Positions 49,162 through 62,924 of a DNA stretch of 64,000 nt are shown here, one piece after another (position 1 is the first letter of the stretch; every line of letters begins with the position of its first letter). The DNA is from Convolutriloba macropyga. Lineage: Eukaryota. Location of the stretch: NCBI RefSeq assembly GCF_964194025.1, contig NC_134471.1, forward strand, positions 81,406,001-81,470,000. Direction: 5' to 3'. The notes beneath the pieces are model-generated. The model saw nothing but the letters and a program-made list of their open reading frames with translations. It was not told the origin of the DNA and did not search any database. The position numbers and the translations under genes were made by a program.

Positions 49162-52100
49162 CTAAAGACTTTCGATTTAATAAAACAATATTTTTATAGA
49201 AATTTATCAAACCAGGGTTTTCTTGCTTTTGAAATACTGGGCTGAATTGAGCTATGATTCAGAATATTTAGTGGATTAAAATCTTTCAAAGGCCATTTAC
49301 TACCAGATGAAAAAGAAAATTGAGTACAAAAGAGATCATCTCTTTTCAAATCGATTCCAAGTATTACACATCATGGCTAAAAACGAGCAACACAAAAAAA
49401 TAAAAAACAATTCTTCTAGTAGAGCTACATAGAACAACCAGAGAGACACTGACTGACCTTAAATTCATACAAAACGGAAACAACTGCTGTACATAGAAGG
49501 ACCAAATTGGCCCTGTTAGGTGGGATCGAGGGCTTAAAAAAAAGATTACGGCCAGTCGACATTTTATGCAACAAAGAGGCTCTGTAATGTGTGAACGCAC
49601 GATGTTCCCATTCTTCTAAATTGGTCCCAACCGAACTTTGATCACTTTTTGCAACTAAAGGACTGACGGTGAACTTCTAAAAAATGAAAAGATTCGAGAA
49701 AATGAACACCCAATTTTTTTCAAAACGATTCAAAGGCAATCTATAATATTTTGAAAAAGATGAGAGCAATTAAAAAGAGCATTCTATATCCTTTTGGGCA
49801 ATATATAATTTTTTGAAAACGATGAGAGCAATTCAAAAGAATAGTGGCAATCTATAACCAAAACTGATACAAAATTATGCAAAAAACTTCTAAAATTCAA
49901 CACAGAGGTGGCGTCAAAGTAATTTAACCGTTAAAATTAACAAAAAAAACCTTTAGATTGTTAGATCCAAATAAATTTGGCCAATCAGCCACAATCAGCA
50001 ACTTATAATCCAGTATACTAACAAAATTCAGCATTTTGAAACGTTCACATTTTTCATGCAATGCCTCTCCTTAGAGATATCCTTGTTAAAATGAATCCAA
50101 AAAATGCAAATATTAATCTTTATCAAGAAAAAGACAAAGGAAAAGGATTTAAATTCAATGGGAAACGTTTCCGAACAATTTCGCAGAAAGTAATCAACGA
50201 TTTCAATTATAAATATTAGTCCGAAATATTATAATTGTAAATCCAAACAAGAATCTGAAAGCTGCATTAAATAAACGGCAACAAAAGAAATTGAAAAATA
50301 TCCGAGGAAAAAAACCAAAACCCACTGAAATGATAGCTGAAAAAAACCAAAAACCACTGAAAAAAACCAAAAACCACTCATAAAGGCAGAGTAAATACAG
50401 CTATGAGCTACGGTAACAACTCAGCATAGAAAATTACTAGAGACAAAAAATGCCAAATGTCAGATAGAGGGGCTACCGACACAATGTAAAAAAGTATCAA
50501 AAGTAGTGGGCATCTTCCTACTTTTGGAACTTTGTAGAAAAAAATGAAGTAGAAAAACGAGTGCCTTGTATTATTTTGGATCGCAGGTTGAGTAAAATAA
50601 CATAGCCATTCTTGCCAAAATTAACGAGTGGAAACAGAACTCAAAGGCCCCAAAAATGTCAAATCAGTGCTAAAAACGGAAATATGGAACAAAATTACAT
50701 TTGGTTTCAAACATCCAGCACCAATAAACAACTAAATTCTCAATAAGAGGAAACAAAAATTCTTGAGGTAATAAAAAATCCGTTTAAAGAAAACAATGAA
50801 ATTAATGAAAAAAATTAACCGTAAATATTGAAAAATATGAGTCAACTTTTCACTCGAAACGCATTAATTGGCTCTTGAAAAACATTATTATCAATTCCAA
50901 TGGTTTCACATTGATGCAGAGTCGATCAAAAATTAATTATACAAGAAGCCAAATTGGAGGCAAAAAATGAGCCAAATAGACCGGAAAAAAACGGCTGAAA
51001 ACGCGTATCCATATGCGTCATTTTCTCGAAAACACTTTTCAAAGTCGAAAAACTGTTCACTAAACGCAGCGCATGATCAAACAATTTTTTTCGCTCAAAA
51101 AAAATTTATTCTCACGGCAAAATTACTCACTTAGCGTAAACAAAGGGTAGTTTCGGCAAAAAAAAATCTCAAGAAAACCAATACTTCTTTTCAGGTAGTA
51201 AAAAAAACAGGAATACCACAACATAGCTACATAGCTATCTTCAGCTTATAGTTTTGCAGCTATAAAAACAGATCATCATTACTCCTCTTGGAGTCGTAAA
51301 AAAAACATTAGTGACTAAGCTAATGTAAAATTCCAATTATCGAAAACAAAATTCAAAATTCAAGTCAGGAACAGACTTGTTTCACCAAAAAATAATACAG
51401 GAAGCAGCTCAAAGAGTTGTGTGACATATATTGTTAAATCAGAAAACATCAAAAAGAAACCCATAAATCAATAGTTATTTGAACCAAGATTGTTTTTAAA
51501 AATGTCAGACAATCTTAACTATGGTCATGTGTAGGTGAGGGCTGGTAGGGGGCACGTAGGGCCTGGAATAAAGTTAGGGAGTAGGTAATTGGGGCGTAGA
51601 TAGTTAAGGGGGGTAAGCAAGCAGGGCGGTTATGTAATTGGGGGGTTTGGTGGTAGATAGGGCGGTGGGGGTTAGTTAGTGGGGTGTATGTATTGGCAGT
51701 TAGGTAGGTAGTTTGGGGTATCTTTAGTTTAAACAGTGAGGATAGACTAAAATTATGGAAAGAAAACTCGTCAAATTAACCTCTGACCTTGAACTGCAGC
51801 AGTTTCTAATTCCTATCTATCAGATAATACGAAGCTGTTAAAGTCTAAATTTTGAAAACAGAAGTCAATAGTTAATGAAACAATAGTGTTTTGGAAGTCA
51901 GACATAATGTTTACTACGCGGAGGGTTTCAAAAGAAAGAAGTTGAAGTTTAAGTCATTAACATACTTGCTTCAGCTAAAATTAATCTGTAGGATACTAAT
52001 AATCAACTTCGAGACAAAAATTTTTTATAACACAAATGCTCCTGTTTGAGTCGTAAAAACATGTAGAATAACAACTCCTCTTCGAGTTGTAAAAGGACCG

Positions 52101-52196
52101 CCGCAGGAATAATACAATTACTACAAAACTTGTTTATGAGCACGAAAAGAACAGAACATAAACTAACGTTGGAAAACGTTGGACTAACGTTGGAAA

Positions 52197-52545
52197 AATT
52201 GCTCTCGAACTACAAAAGGGGTGGCAATATAATAAACTGTGCGTAGATTACAAATTTTTTAAGGGCACAAAAAAATCGTTGCCCGCAACAGGGGTTTGAA
52301 CCTTCGTCTTCGAAATTACCACTCTGGCATCTCAGCAACAGCGGTACCTCAACTGCGCTTTTATCTTTCAACAAATTTGATTTGAATCGAAAGCAATTGA
52401 AATCACTCAAAAATGGAGAAAAAAGTCACTTGAGAAGTCAAAGAATGTTCGAGAAGAAAAGCACAAAATCGGTCAAGATAAAGTTTTTCATAAAAATGAA
52501 CAACAAGTTTACAATAACTGCTTCAAACTTCGTTCGAGAGCAATT
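52197..52545. mobile_element. Diverged copy of the tRNA-cassette MITE
   Basis: TIR aattgctctcgaac / gttcgagagcaatt; shared cacttgagaagtc.aagaatgttc.agaagaaaagc block; degenerate B box. Confidence 0.65.
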
Positions 52546-52937
52546 GAACTTAATGGTTTGGGTTTCAATGAAGAAGGGTTTGATTTTCTGTCAGATTCGT
52601 AAAACGCAAACTTAATTGCTTTAATTGCTTGAGCGAACATTTAGCCAACGATTGACTTTGAATTCCAAAATCGTTCCCTTGAAAATTTGACAACCGGAAA
52701 GAAATTTGATTCAATTTACTAGAAAGCTGTAACGTGTAATGCTAGCTAAATGTGATCTCTACAGGATTTTATGAATCTGGCCATTCGATTATGTCAAAAT
52801 GAAGAGTATCGGGTATTCCCCGTCATAACCCCGTGTTGTGGGCTGTAATGGGAAAGACCTGACGATCTCACACAACGCGTTCAAGGATTGTAAACTGGGA
52901 TTATATATTTTTTATCTTCAAGAGTAGATATACTTAC

Positions 52938-53131
52938 ACACAGTAGTAAGAGTATATTCTGAGAGCAGGGTCCTTGGTACTCTTGTAGTATCTGCTGAAT
53001 GTGATGCCAGAACTGTCACACTCACTCGTTCCCAGAGGCATGTCTCCAAATATCTGGCAACAACAGAAATTCCCCGGCACGTTATGCAACCCCCTTATTC
53101 TCGGAACCATCCCACCGTAAAACAACTCCCC
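52938..53131 (-). CDS. Uncharacterised secreted protein, exon 3
   Basis: aaaag|GGG GAG ... TGT GT|gtaagt, 194 nt, phase 0/2; GELFYGGMVPRIRGLHNVPGNFCCCQIFGDMPLGTSECDSSG... Confidence 0.75.
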
Positions 53132-54077
53132 CTTTTAAGGTATAATCTGACCATCTACATTTGATAATCTGCACCTCTTAGAAATTTGAGAGAAAACAAC
53201 CTAATGTAAATTGTTCATAGTATAAGCTTCCAACTGACTGCTAGCAAAATCTCAGTTTACATTTTTTGTCCAGTGGAAACATTTGTGTTACCCAATTCAA
53301 ACATGTAAATTATGATAAACGCAGATAAACTCTTGAAAACTTCTTTTGTTTTAGTTAGAAGAAAAACAAATTTAGCGGCCATAATGCGTAAAAGTTATAG
53401 TGTACCAAAAAACTACTATACAAGAGTGGCAGACTGTGCTAATATATGAAAACTTCGAGGCAACAATCACATGAAAAAAATGACAAAAAATCTCCATTTT
53501 TAATGCAGCTCTAGTCAATCATATCAAAAATCATAATAACAAAACGCAAAAAAAAATGACTTTTTCGAGACAAGGGGCCTCGTACAGACAGTTAATTTTT
53601 TTTCATGCTTGACAGAACTCTTTAAGAAATTTGTGACGTCATGGTTTTCTTAGCAACCTTGAGCAAGACCATGAATATTTATGGTCTTGGATATGGTTGC
53701 CAAGAAATTGAAAAAATAAAAAAGTAACCTAATTTGTTTTTTGGAAGGCTTAATGTAGTCAGAAGGTGTTAATTTACCTGTTCCCCGTAATTTTTTTGTG
53801 TTTTCTGACTTTAACTTTTATGGTCTTACATCGCACCATAAATGTGTATGGTCTTGGATATGGTTCCCAAAACACCATGAACTTGAATTTTTTTCAAGTG
53901 TCTTGAAGAGTTTTTTTCCACTCAGAGTGCAATGTATGGGTGTTTAAAGAGCTTTTCGACCAATGTTGATATTTTTGCATGGCCAGCTTTATGGTCGCCA
54001 AGTTACCATAAACTCCATCTATGGCTTGAATATGGTTGCCAAGAAAGGGTCATCGTGGTCAACACGGGTAAGCTTTC

Positions 54078-54773
54078 CTTGTCTAGACCTGAAATTTATC
54101 AGAAGCCCTAATAATTCCAGGTGGGGGTAAATATTGAACTAAATTACACGGTCCAGGACCCTTGTTAAAGTCAAGGCTAACTCTTTCCATTAGTCCAGCC
54201 AAATTCTTTTCATAGACAAAAATGAGCATAACTAAAAACTTCCGCCAACATCTGGTGCAATCTCGCGACTTTCTCCAATCTTACCCATGGTTAACCAATT
54301 TCTCGATATGTCTTTAATTTATTAGGAAATAGAAAACAAGAAGTTTCTACGATTGCGAGCGTAATCGAGGACATTTTTTATTGTCTAGCCAAATTCCAGG
54401 ACTCCCTTTATTTTTATTGGAGAAAACATTAAAACTGGCAATAAGAAATAATCAGCAAACATTCGAAGTTTGGATCAAGATAAACCAAGATTATTTAATA
54501 ATGGAGACCACGCAGATTGCAATAAATTTTTTATTCCATTTATAGTTCAGCCAAACTTCAGGACACAGGACACGTTTTATTGTCTGGCCAAATTCCAGGA
54601 CGCGTTTTATTGTCTAGCCAGTCTCCAGAACGGCTGTTTAAGCTCCAGCTGAAGTCGAGATCAAGCAATTTCTAAACAAACTCTTTTCATAACAAAAATC
54701 TATCCAGGACAGTCTTTTCATGCCCGATATCGGTCACGGACCGTCTTTTAAAAATTCCAGGTCTAGACTAAGG
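54078..54773. mobile_element. Probable MITE with internal short repeats
   Basis: ccttgtctagacctg / caggtctagactaagg inverted termini; internal tgtctagccaaattccaggac repeats. Confidence 0.5.
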
Positions 54774-54942
54774 TTGACCCAAGCTCGATGAAAAGCTGTA
54801 CTTAATCAACTTATATTCTGCTAGAGAGCGTACAACGCTCCCCCCCCCCCCCCGTGGGGGGTGGGGGACGTAAAAATTATATACCCACTACGCTGAGGTG
54901 GGGGAGCAGAATAAATCTAAATTTCTTTTAAATGAAACTAAC

Positions 54943-55113
54943 GTCAATATTAAAAATCCTGCTTTCTTCTTCCTGGTTCAAATTGAAGTATGACCCCCAT
55001 TCGTTGTCAGGAGTCATGGCCAGACCAGTTCTGTCGAATGGCTTGCTCTTGTCATAGGGGTTCTTCACATTCTCCTCCTCTGGTGTCACTGTACTACCAC
55101 TTACATCTGTCAC
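54943..55113 (-). CDS. Uncharacterised secreted protein, exon 2
   Basis: ttctcaag|GTG ACA ... GAC|gttagt, 171 nt, phase 0/0; acidic linker then KNPYDKSKPFDRTGLAMTPDNEWGSYF. Confidence 0.7.
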
Positions 55114-55902
55114 CTTGAGAAGTGGGGGAATTGTTTCCTTTTCAAGACAGATTATGACTAAGTGTAATAACGTTTTAAAAGCAAAACTCTTTCTTCACAA
55201 TAGAAAATGGGCGCATTTATAATTTTTTAGGGAAAACAGAGGTAAGTGTTTTTGAAACACAGATGCTAATGTTTTATAAACCAAGAACCCAGTCAATTTC
55301 ATTTTGTTTGTGCAAATGTTTGCCGGAATTTTTTTTCGATTCTTTCAGCTTCCTTACCTCTTTTGCGCATTTTTAGACCTTACAGACATTATGCAATGCT
55401 CGTAGTCTAATTTTCGTCACAATGGGACTGTTGAAGGTACCATTTTCCAACTGGTACTGGGAAATGCGAAAAAAAATCTTTGAACTCGAAAACCTCTTAC
55501 ATTAAAACTCTAGACAAAAAGCAATATAAAATCGTTCAGCAGTTTGGTCAGTACTGTAAAATAATGTAACCAGCTGTCCATAAATATAAACAGCACTTAT
55601 CCGCAAATTATCCAATTGGAAAATTGAGGCAGCTCCAAAATTTTTTTTCTCCTTTTACTATGAGGCTATTTGATTGCTTCTAACTGAAAAGTAGACTCTA
55701 CATTAGCACTCCCAACTGCGTACTTCAACTAAAACTACAACACACGGAAACCTCAAATTACACCGTTACACTAGTCAAAACGTAATTTTTGCAAATTTTC
55801 CGGATTAACGTCGAATGTGCAAATATTTGCAAAATTTCACTGCCGACGGTGAAATTTGAAATTTTTGCAAGCCCAAGTTATTTAATCAAATTGCAAGTTT
55901 TT

Positions 55903-56697
55903 TGCAAACTTGACCAGAGGTTTTTACTAGGGTAGGGCAGACCTGAAATTGACCTAGCGGAACCTGGTTACGTTCAGTTTCACTAGCCCTGCTTTTCAAT
56001 ATAAACCAATTCCATCAAGTTATTGTAAGTTCCTTTTGTTAAACTGTCAAAATGGAGTTCGGTAACAAGCGTGGTCAAACTTTACCGAAGCGATTCAGGT
56101 CAGCCTTTCTGGCCAAGTTAAACAATTGTGATATATAAATCTGATGTAAAAATCACCAGACCTAAAGTAAATTTTAATAGCCGAAATTAAATGTAGACAA
56201 TATCATTTTACTCAAAAAATCCTACAAGAAACCTCTTCTACAGAATTTCCCTTTTTCTCTGTGAGTTTTGCCCCCGATTACCAATAATTGCTTACAAAAC
56301 AAGTTTGAAAAAAAGATTCACTAGTAAGACTAATAAACTATTTCTACTAGTTATTTTTTCTGACCTCAAAGTACGTTCACCCTAATTGTTACATTTTCTC
56401 TGATTCAAGCTTGAGCGCAATTATTATAATTTGTCATTGTAACCAATTTTCAACCAAAACTGCGAAAAGATCCACATTTTTGGGCGAGCCATAAATTTGA
56501 CTAAGAAGCCAGTCATTTCACTCCTGTTAAACATGAGCATTGGCCAGAGGTTGCAAACTTGACCAGAGGTTTTTACTATGGTAGGGCAGACCTGAAAATG
56601 ACCTAGCGGAACCTGGGTACGTTCAGTTTCACTAGCCCTGCTTTTCAATATAAACCAATTCCATCAAGTTATTTTAAGTTCCTTTTGTTGAACTGTT
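55903..56697 (+). repeat. ~145-bp direct repeat pair (55903-56047, 56551-56697)
   Basis: ttgcaaacttgaccagagg...agttccttttgtt occurs twice, ~650 bp apart. Confidence 0.85.
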
Positions 56698-56803
56698 TGG
56701 AATTTGCAGGGTTGGAACACTTACGCAAAAGTACATAACTATCATCTTTGTTGTTTCTACACGCAAGAATACCTAGATCGAGGTCTCTGGGGTTACTCAG
56801 TGC

Positions 56804-56970
56804 AGATATGGGGCCAAATAATCAAAATTGACATTCAAGCGTAGGTTAAAGTGAAAAATTGTTTCTTTTCAAGTTAAAGCTAAAGTCAAGATATGGGGCC
56901 AAATAATCAAAATTGACATTCAAGCGTAGGTTAAAGTGAAAAATTGTTTCTTTTCAGGTTAAAGTGAAAA
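56804..56970 (+). repeat. 85-bp tandem duplication
   Basis: agatatggggccaaataatc... at 56804 and 56889. Confidence 0.9.
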
Positions 56971-57211
56971 AATCTTTTCAGCGCAAGTTAAGCTTATCTT
57001 CTTATAATATTTCGCAAAAAAAAAACTTCCCTAAGTTTTGGGTCCTAAAACAAATTTTGGGATCAAGACATCGAAGTTTTGGTTTCTTTCAGCAGATAAC
57101 CGTTATTTGCGAGAATCGCACGCGATCTTAGCAGACAACCCTCCGAGTGCGTCTTGGGTTATTCAAAACATACTCTGATAAAATAAACAAAAGGAAACAA
57201 TGTATTGAGAC

Positions 57212-57337
57212 CTCTTCTGTATCCTCCTGGGCAGACACTCTCAATGTCGACTGAGCAGATAGCAGAAGAACCAGAATAAACGACGAGAGAAGCAAAGATG
57301 AGAGATAATGAGTCAGAGATGACAATAATGATGCCAT
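57212..57337 (-). CDS. Uncharacterised secreted protein, exon 1 (signal peptide)
   Basis: aaaATGG start; MASLLSSLTHYLSSLLLSSFILVLLLSAQSTLRVSA-QEDTEE with hydrophobic core and VSA cleavage site; phase-0 but weak donor GAG|gtctca. Confidence 0.65.
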
Positions 57338-59080
57338 TTTGAACAGCAAAATTTAAAGCTCAATTCAAATCTTTTGATTTCACATAACAGTGCTGTTTTA
57401 GCAAAAGAAAAAAGAACTTTTTAAGATGATCGTTCGGGAATTTTTTGAACACCGAATTTAGAAGTTATATATCATCTATTTAACTTGAGTCAGTATTGAA
57501 AATGATTAAAATTATATTGCAATTATTTAACGTTGCTATACTACAGAAATTTTGCATATTCTATGATTTTTTAGTTCAAAGAAACTTGAGCAAACCGAGT
57601 TTTAAAGTCCAAAGAAACTTTTAAGGACAATACTATGGGCTTTTATTCTGAGAAAAATCTAAATATTTAATTTTCATTAAGAAAAAGCTCACACAACACA
57701 TTTCGCGCCGTTAAAAAACGTTCCGACAATTTCAAGTTCGAAATTGTTAAATAATGCACAGCGACAAACGCAAAGAAAAGTTTTCAAGTAAAAAAACACA
57801 TTTCGACAATTTCAGGTTTACAATTATACACAAATATAACGCAAAAACAGCACTGTGTTTATAACTGATAGACAAAAGTTGCAAGTAAGTTTGGCGTCGG
57901 ACAGATAAGACCTTGTAAACAGAAGAGAGATGAAGAGAGGGAGATAGAAGAAAGAAAGAGAGTTTAAGTAGAAAACAAACAGAGAAAGAATTTGAACACA
58001 CTTATGCTATCTGAAAGACACCAACACATGCATTCAGTCAGATTATACAGCCCTCACACGAACATGCAACCCATAAGTATTTATGCAAATTTTTCATTTT
58101 AGAAAGAAGTCATCAACTAAATACGAACTATTTATTAAAACAGCGACGGTTTGCATTCAAATTCGAGACGATTACCAATTTGTCTGACAAGGGGTTCACT
58201 TGACAAAGAAGAAGCGAGAATTTAAGCTAATAGCTCGGTCGCACACCAGTTGTAATGGATGTACCAACTGATGAAATTTTTGCTAATAAGAATTGACAGA
58301 TTTGTCGAACAATCAGAATCAAGCTGGCTGTTAAACATTGGCTGAAAAAAGGAACACTGAATTTCAAACATGATTTATCCGAATTGCATACAAATGAAGG
58401 CGTCTTAATCATTAAGTTTGTGTTAAAATCTGGAACTTTTCAAGGGAAGTTTTTATATTAGATATAAAACTACAATGCTTCAATGAGTGTCTACTTACAG
58501 TACTGCAATAGGCCCTTTCAAAATTTAGGATTAAAAAATTTTCCTGAGCTATTTCTAGCTTCTTTCCTGAAATTTTTCTGCATTCGAGCAATTTTTTAAG
58601 GTTTAATGATAATTGGTTCCAATCAGATATCGTTTTTTCTCACTAAGAGTTTTGAACTTTTGTGCAGTTTATTTTTGAGTAACAGATTACACGATATTGA
58701 AGTCAGAAAATAATGCTCTTACATTTTTTTCCAACTCTCCAGTTAACAAAAGTACAAGAGTTTTTCAGACCGATGTGATGTTTTTGTTTTATTTTTGAGA
58801 ACAATGATGTTCCTTAGTTTGAAGAAACACTTAATGGGTTCAATTTTATCGTCAATTTCGTAGTCTGACAATGAGCAGATATTTTAATAAACCACCATAG
58901 GTTACGTACCTTTTTTACTGAACAAATTCCAATGTACAACATTGCGTCACTGTCATATCTGCTCTTTCAGTTAAAAAACTTGGTTTTTGATGAATTTAAT
59001 GTTCGGTCATGTGCCTCAAAAATCAATTATTTGTTGATGTCATTTTAAAAATTTTCAAAAAAGATAAATTCTCAAGCTTT

Positions 59081-59526
59081 CCCAGGCCGAGGTTTCAACC
59101 TTAATCCACCCTTAATTAGTGGTGACTAGGGTGTAATGCTTATTCCACTCCTATTTATCGCGGAAAAGAGTGTAAGTGTGTAATTTTTAAAAATTACACT
59201 GTATTTACACTCTTTTCTCCACTCTAGAAATAAGTTTAAAGGGTGGACTGATACAAAAAATACACTCTTACACAATTACCATCATAACCAAAATGAAATG
59301 TCAAATGCAAGTAACAGTTGGCGAGATGGTTAATGCAAAAAATGAAAGTAATATGTTCGACAGAGGGTATTTGGAGGTGCAATCCTCAATAACTCCTTCT
59401 AATTTTTTTTAAAATTACACTGTAATTACACTTTTTTACTCTTCCACCTTTAATTAAGCGGAGAAATAGGGGTGAAATTTTTAATTTTTACACTCTTTCC
59501 CCGCTATTTTTAGGGAAAAGCCTGGG
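59081..59526. mobile_element. CCC...GGG TIR element with degenerate tRNA-like centre
   Basis: cccagg / cctggg termini; repeated ttacactc/gagtgtaa motifs; TGGCGAGATGG..GGTGCAATCC near 59319-59384. Confidence 0.5.
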
Positions 59527-61207
59527 CCCAGATTATTGTTGCTTAACTGTCTTCTTTACATAGAGCCATTATAACATCCCTATTAATATATTCAAGCATA
59601 TCTTAAACAATTTGCAATATATCTCAAGGCACACCGAATACTTATAGCAGCAAAATTTATGCCAACTCAACTAGAGCAAAAATCCAAGCAATAAGTATTT
59701 GAGCAAATTTTTCTGTGCGGTTCAATTTCAATAAAAAAATACTCAAAATATTTCAATAAAAAAATACAATAAAAAGTATTCAAACGCCCGAGACCATTTA
59801 ATCTACACAAAAATGTCTGTTTCGTAACTAAGCTTGTTAACCAATAATTGAAAAAAAACTTATTTGATTTTATCCTACATGTTGTATCAAGCACAAAAAT
59901 TAATTGAAACAAGTAACACTAATTTTTATCAGTACCTTGATTCAAAAAGAAAAGCGTCCATAAAAATAGTTTGCCTTTGGGCAAAGAATATCAATTCCTT
60001 TTCATTCACGCTTAGATAAGGAAAACTTACGCACGCCCTTTTGTCTGTTCTTTATCATGGCTAGATTTGGCCTGCCACTGAAAGGCAAATTGACGAAATT
60101 CAAAATGTCTTGAAAGTATACACCACCAAGGCATATCGGTTTTGTGACCCGCAAGTGACAATGATTGGGATGGCTTTTTTTCATTAACACTTGAAACGGA
60201 TTTATCAGTTCCTATCTCTTGATTTTGCTTCACTAAAAAACTGTAAAGAGTAGCTGATGCAAGTTCTGGAGCAAAACCTGACGCACTTCCTTTGGAAGTT
60301 ACCTTTTCAATGCCATTTCCACTATCTACCAGCAGCTGTGTGATCAGTCTCTGAAAAACGAGATTGAAAGAAAGAAACAGAAATAATTTATTTCTCCAAA
60401 GAAATATTATACATAGATAAGTTAACAGATTATCTCGGAGAGGACAGGAGGCCGTGGCAATATTGCCCTCTAGCTAAGCTGAAAACAACTTTTGACGAAA
60501 AGTGATCGATTTTTATTGAACTATGCTAAAATTTTCTGTGCCACAAATTTTTGATCTGTTCATTGTAGTAAAAACTCGCATGATATCTCTAAGCATTATA
60601 TAACCTGTACATCCATGCTTAAAAAAACTTTAAAAAATTTGATTTACGAACACAATTCACTAAGAACAAGTTATCCAGGAGAACCGATTCTCTCAGTTTA
60701 TAATAAAAAACTGATTTCCTTCGGTTTCAGATTTCAAAAGTTTTTGTCAATGATTCCACTTTTACAAAGACTAATAAAAATTTGACGCAACGGAAGGAAA
60801 CTCAACTTCTCTGGAAGGCTTTTTTGAAGGACGGTTCTTTGAGTAGTTTAATCTGGGTATTTCTAGTGCGTCTTACGTTATTGTGATATTCGAAAAAACT
60901 ATTTTAGCTACTATCACTATGCATGCCCTTCAGTGATTTTACCACATATTTGAGCAATTCGTATAAATGTTAGCTCATAAACAGTTAGTATTTTTTTCCT
61001 CACGAAAAAATCAACCACGTTAGTCTTTTTATCCCGGAATGGAAAGAGCCTCAGTATTTTTCCTGTGGAGAGGTCTCAAAGTCATATTTTCCTCTGAATG
61101 TGAAGAGGTCTCAATGTCCTGAAGCTACAGCATCCGTATACAAGTACACAATACTGTAATAGGGCGGTTATGTTTGCTTTATAGTAGTTGAACTGAGCTC
61201 TCGGAAT

Positions 61208-61590
61208 TTAATACCGCAGTTTAGATATTATACCGGCTTGTCTGGCAAGTCGAAACCTAATACTCTCTACGTGTTTTCTGAACCATAACATCGAGTCCAA
61301 ATATACTCCGAGACAGTTACAGCACATACTGTTGTTCACAATAGAATGATTAAAACTGAACGAGGAAATAGAATTAAAAGCACCTATTTTGAAGTTTAGA
61401 TGAATAGTTTCATCTACGTTTACAACTAGCTTATTCGCGGCTAACCAGAGGCTGAGTGCATTGAGCTCATTCTGAATCAGATTTTCATCAAGTCTTGTTG
61501 GAGTAACAGTTGTATCGTCAGCGAACAGAATAACATTTAGTTTGGGACAGGCACGCGGTAAGCCGTTAGCATATATGATGAATAGCAATG
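61208..61590 (-). mobile_element. Degenerate LINE reverse transcriptase fragment
   Basis: LFIIYANGLP..ILFADDTT..WLAANKLVVN..LGVYLDSML.F..HV. Confidence 0.8.
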
Positions 61591-62878
61591 GATGAATAGC
61601 ATGGATTGATCAATAAAATTGTTTGTATAACAAATCGCCAAGTAAAATGTAGCAAACAGATTTTACAGCAGAAGACTTAGGAAATCTAGGAGCAAAATTG
61701 ACAAAATTCTTCCCTTTTTGTTCATATATTCCGTCCTGCAATCAATTCAATTGCCTATAAGCACATGTTACATAGAATAACTCTTATAACCTAATAATAA
61801 AATAATCTTTTTTAGGAAACAAAACAAAGTTTATCTTTTCGAGTTTTTGTTTCTACTGCCAATACTTTTATTCAAGATCACGATTAAATGAATTGAAGAG
61901 CAATTCATCAACAGAGCTTTTGTCCGTTGTTCATTCACGGACAACTTGGAGGAGAAACCATCACTAAAATAATGTTCGAATCTCAGAACATAATTCTCAG
62001 AACATAATTCAAAAAAATCCCCTCCATAGAAAAAGTTAAAAATGTTATTGGCAAAAAATGTGTTCAGGACAGATAGCTGAATCTGATTTCCGAAGAAGAG
62101 CAGAAAGGCTATCACAAGACATATAAAAAACACTAATAAACAAAACAATAAGATACCCTAACAATGTTGTGCCACATTCTATGAATTCTCAACTGTGAAA
62201 AAAAGTTTTTGATTGCTGATGCGAGAGACGTCACCGCAAACCGAAAATATATAAATATATAGGGGTAAAGCCATGCCGCCATTTTCAAGGATAAGTGGAC
62301 AAAAACGCCGTTTTGATGTTACAAAATATAGATTAAAAATCCAAATCCAGTAGAAATTTTTGGGCGTTAGAAGACTTCTAGCTGGGGAACGGCCAGCTAC
62401 CAAAACTCTACCTAAAATCCGAAACATTTGTTCAGTGGTTTGTCCACCTGTTTGTAGTGTTCTATTCTGTCCCCAAAAAAGTTGATCGTTCGACTGTTTG
62501 AAAACTTCCTTCTGGATATTAGAATTAAAAATCAATAGAAGTAATACCAGCAACCAAAAAAGTTATATCCAGAAATATATATTTGAATATATTCAACCAT
62601 CCTAAAGAAATTTTTCAATCAAGACTAAATAAAGTCCACACTACCTAATTCAATCAACCTATTCACAAGTATCCGAAATTCGTTCAATTGACTTCTTACC
62701 TAAATAACGCTCAGAAATTCTGCCTCCCAAGAGCTTTTACTGACCGGAAATTTTATCCTCTCTACCAACTATATCGGATAGCTCAGCGGTTTCACTAACT
62801 GCAAATACGAAACTGTGTTCTTCTACTGAGAACTCAATAGAAAACTACAATTTTTTCTCACTTGAGAACCAACTACTC

Positions 62879-62880
<2 letters not shown>

Positions 62881-62922
<42 letters not shown>
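62881..62922. repeat. (CT)n microsatellite
   Basis: Direct reading. Confidence 0.95.

Positions 62923-62924
<2 letters not shown>

Noticed and set aside
60027-60352. Possible minus-strand exons
   Set aside because: Splice-like sites are present but no phase-consistent or recognisable product could be built
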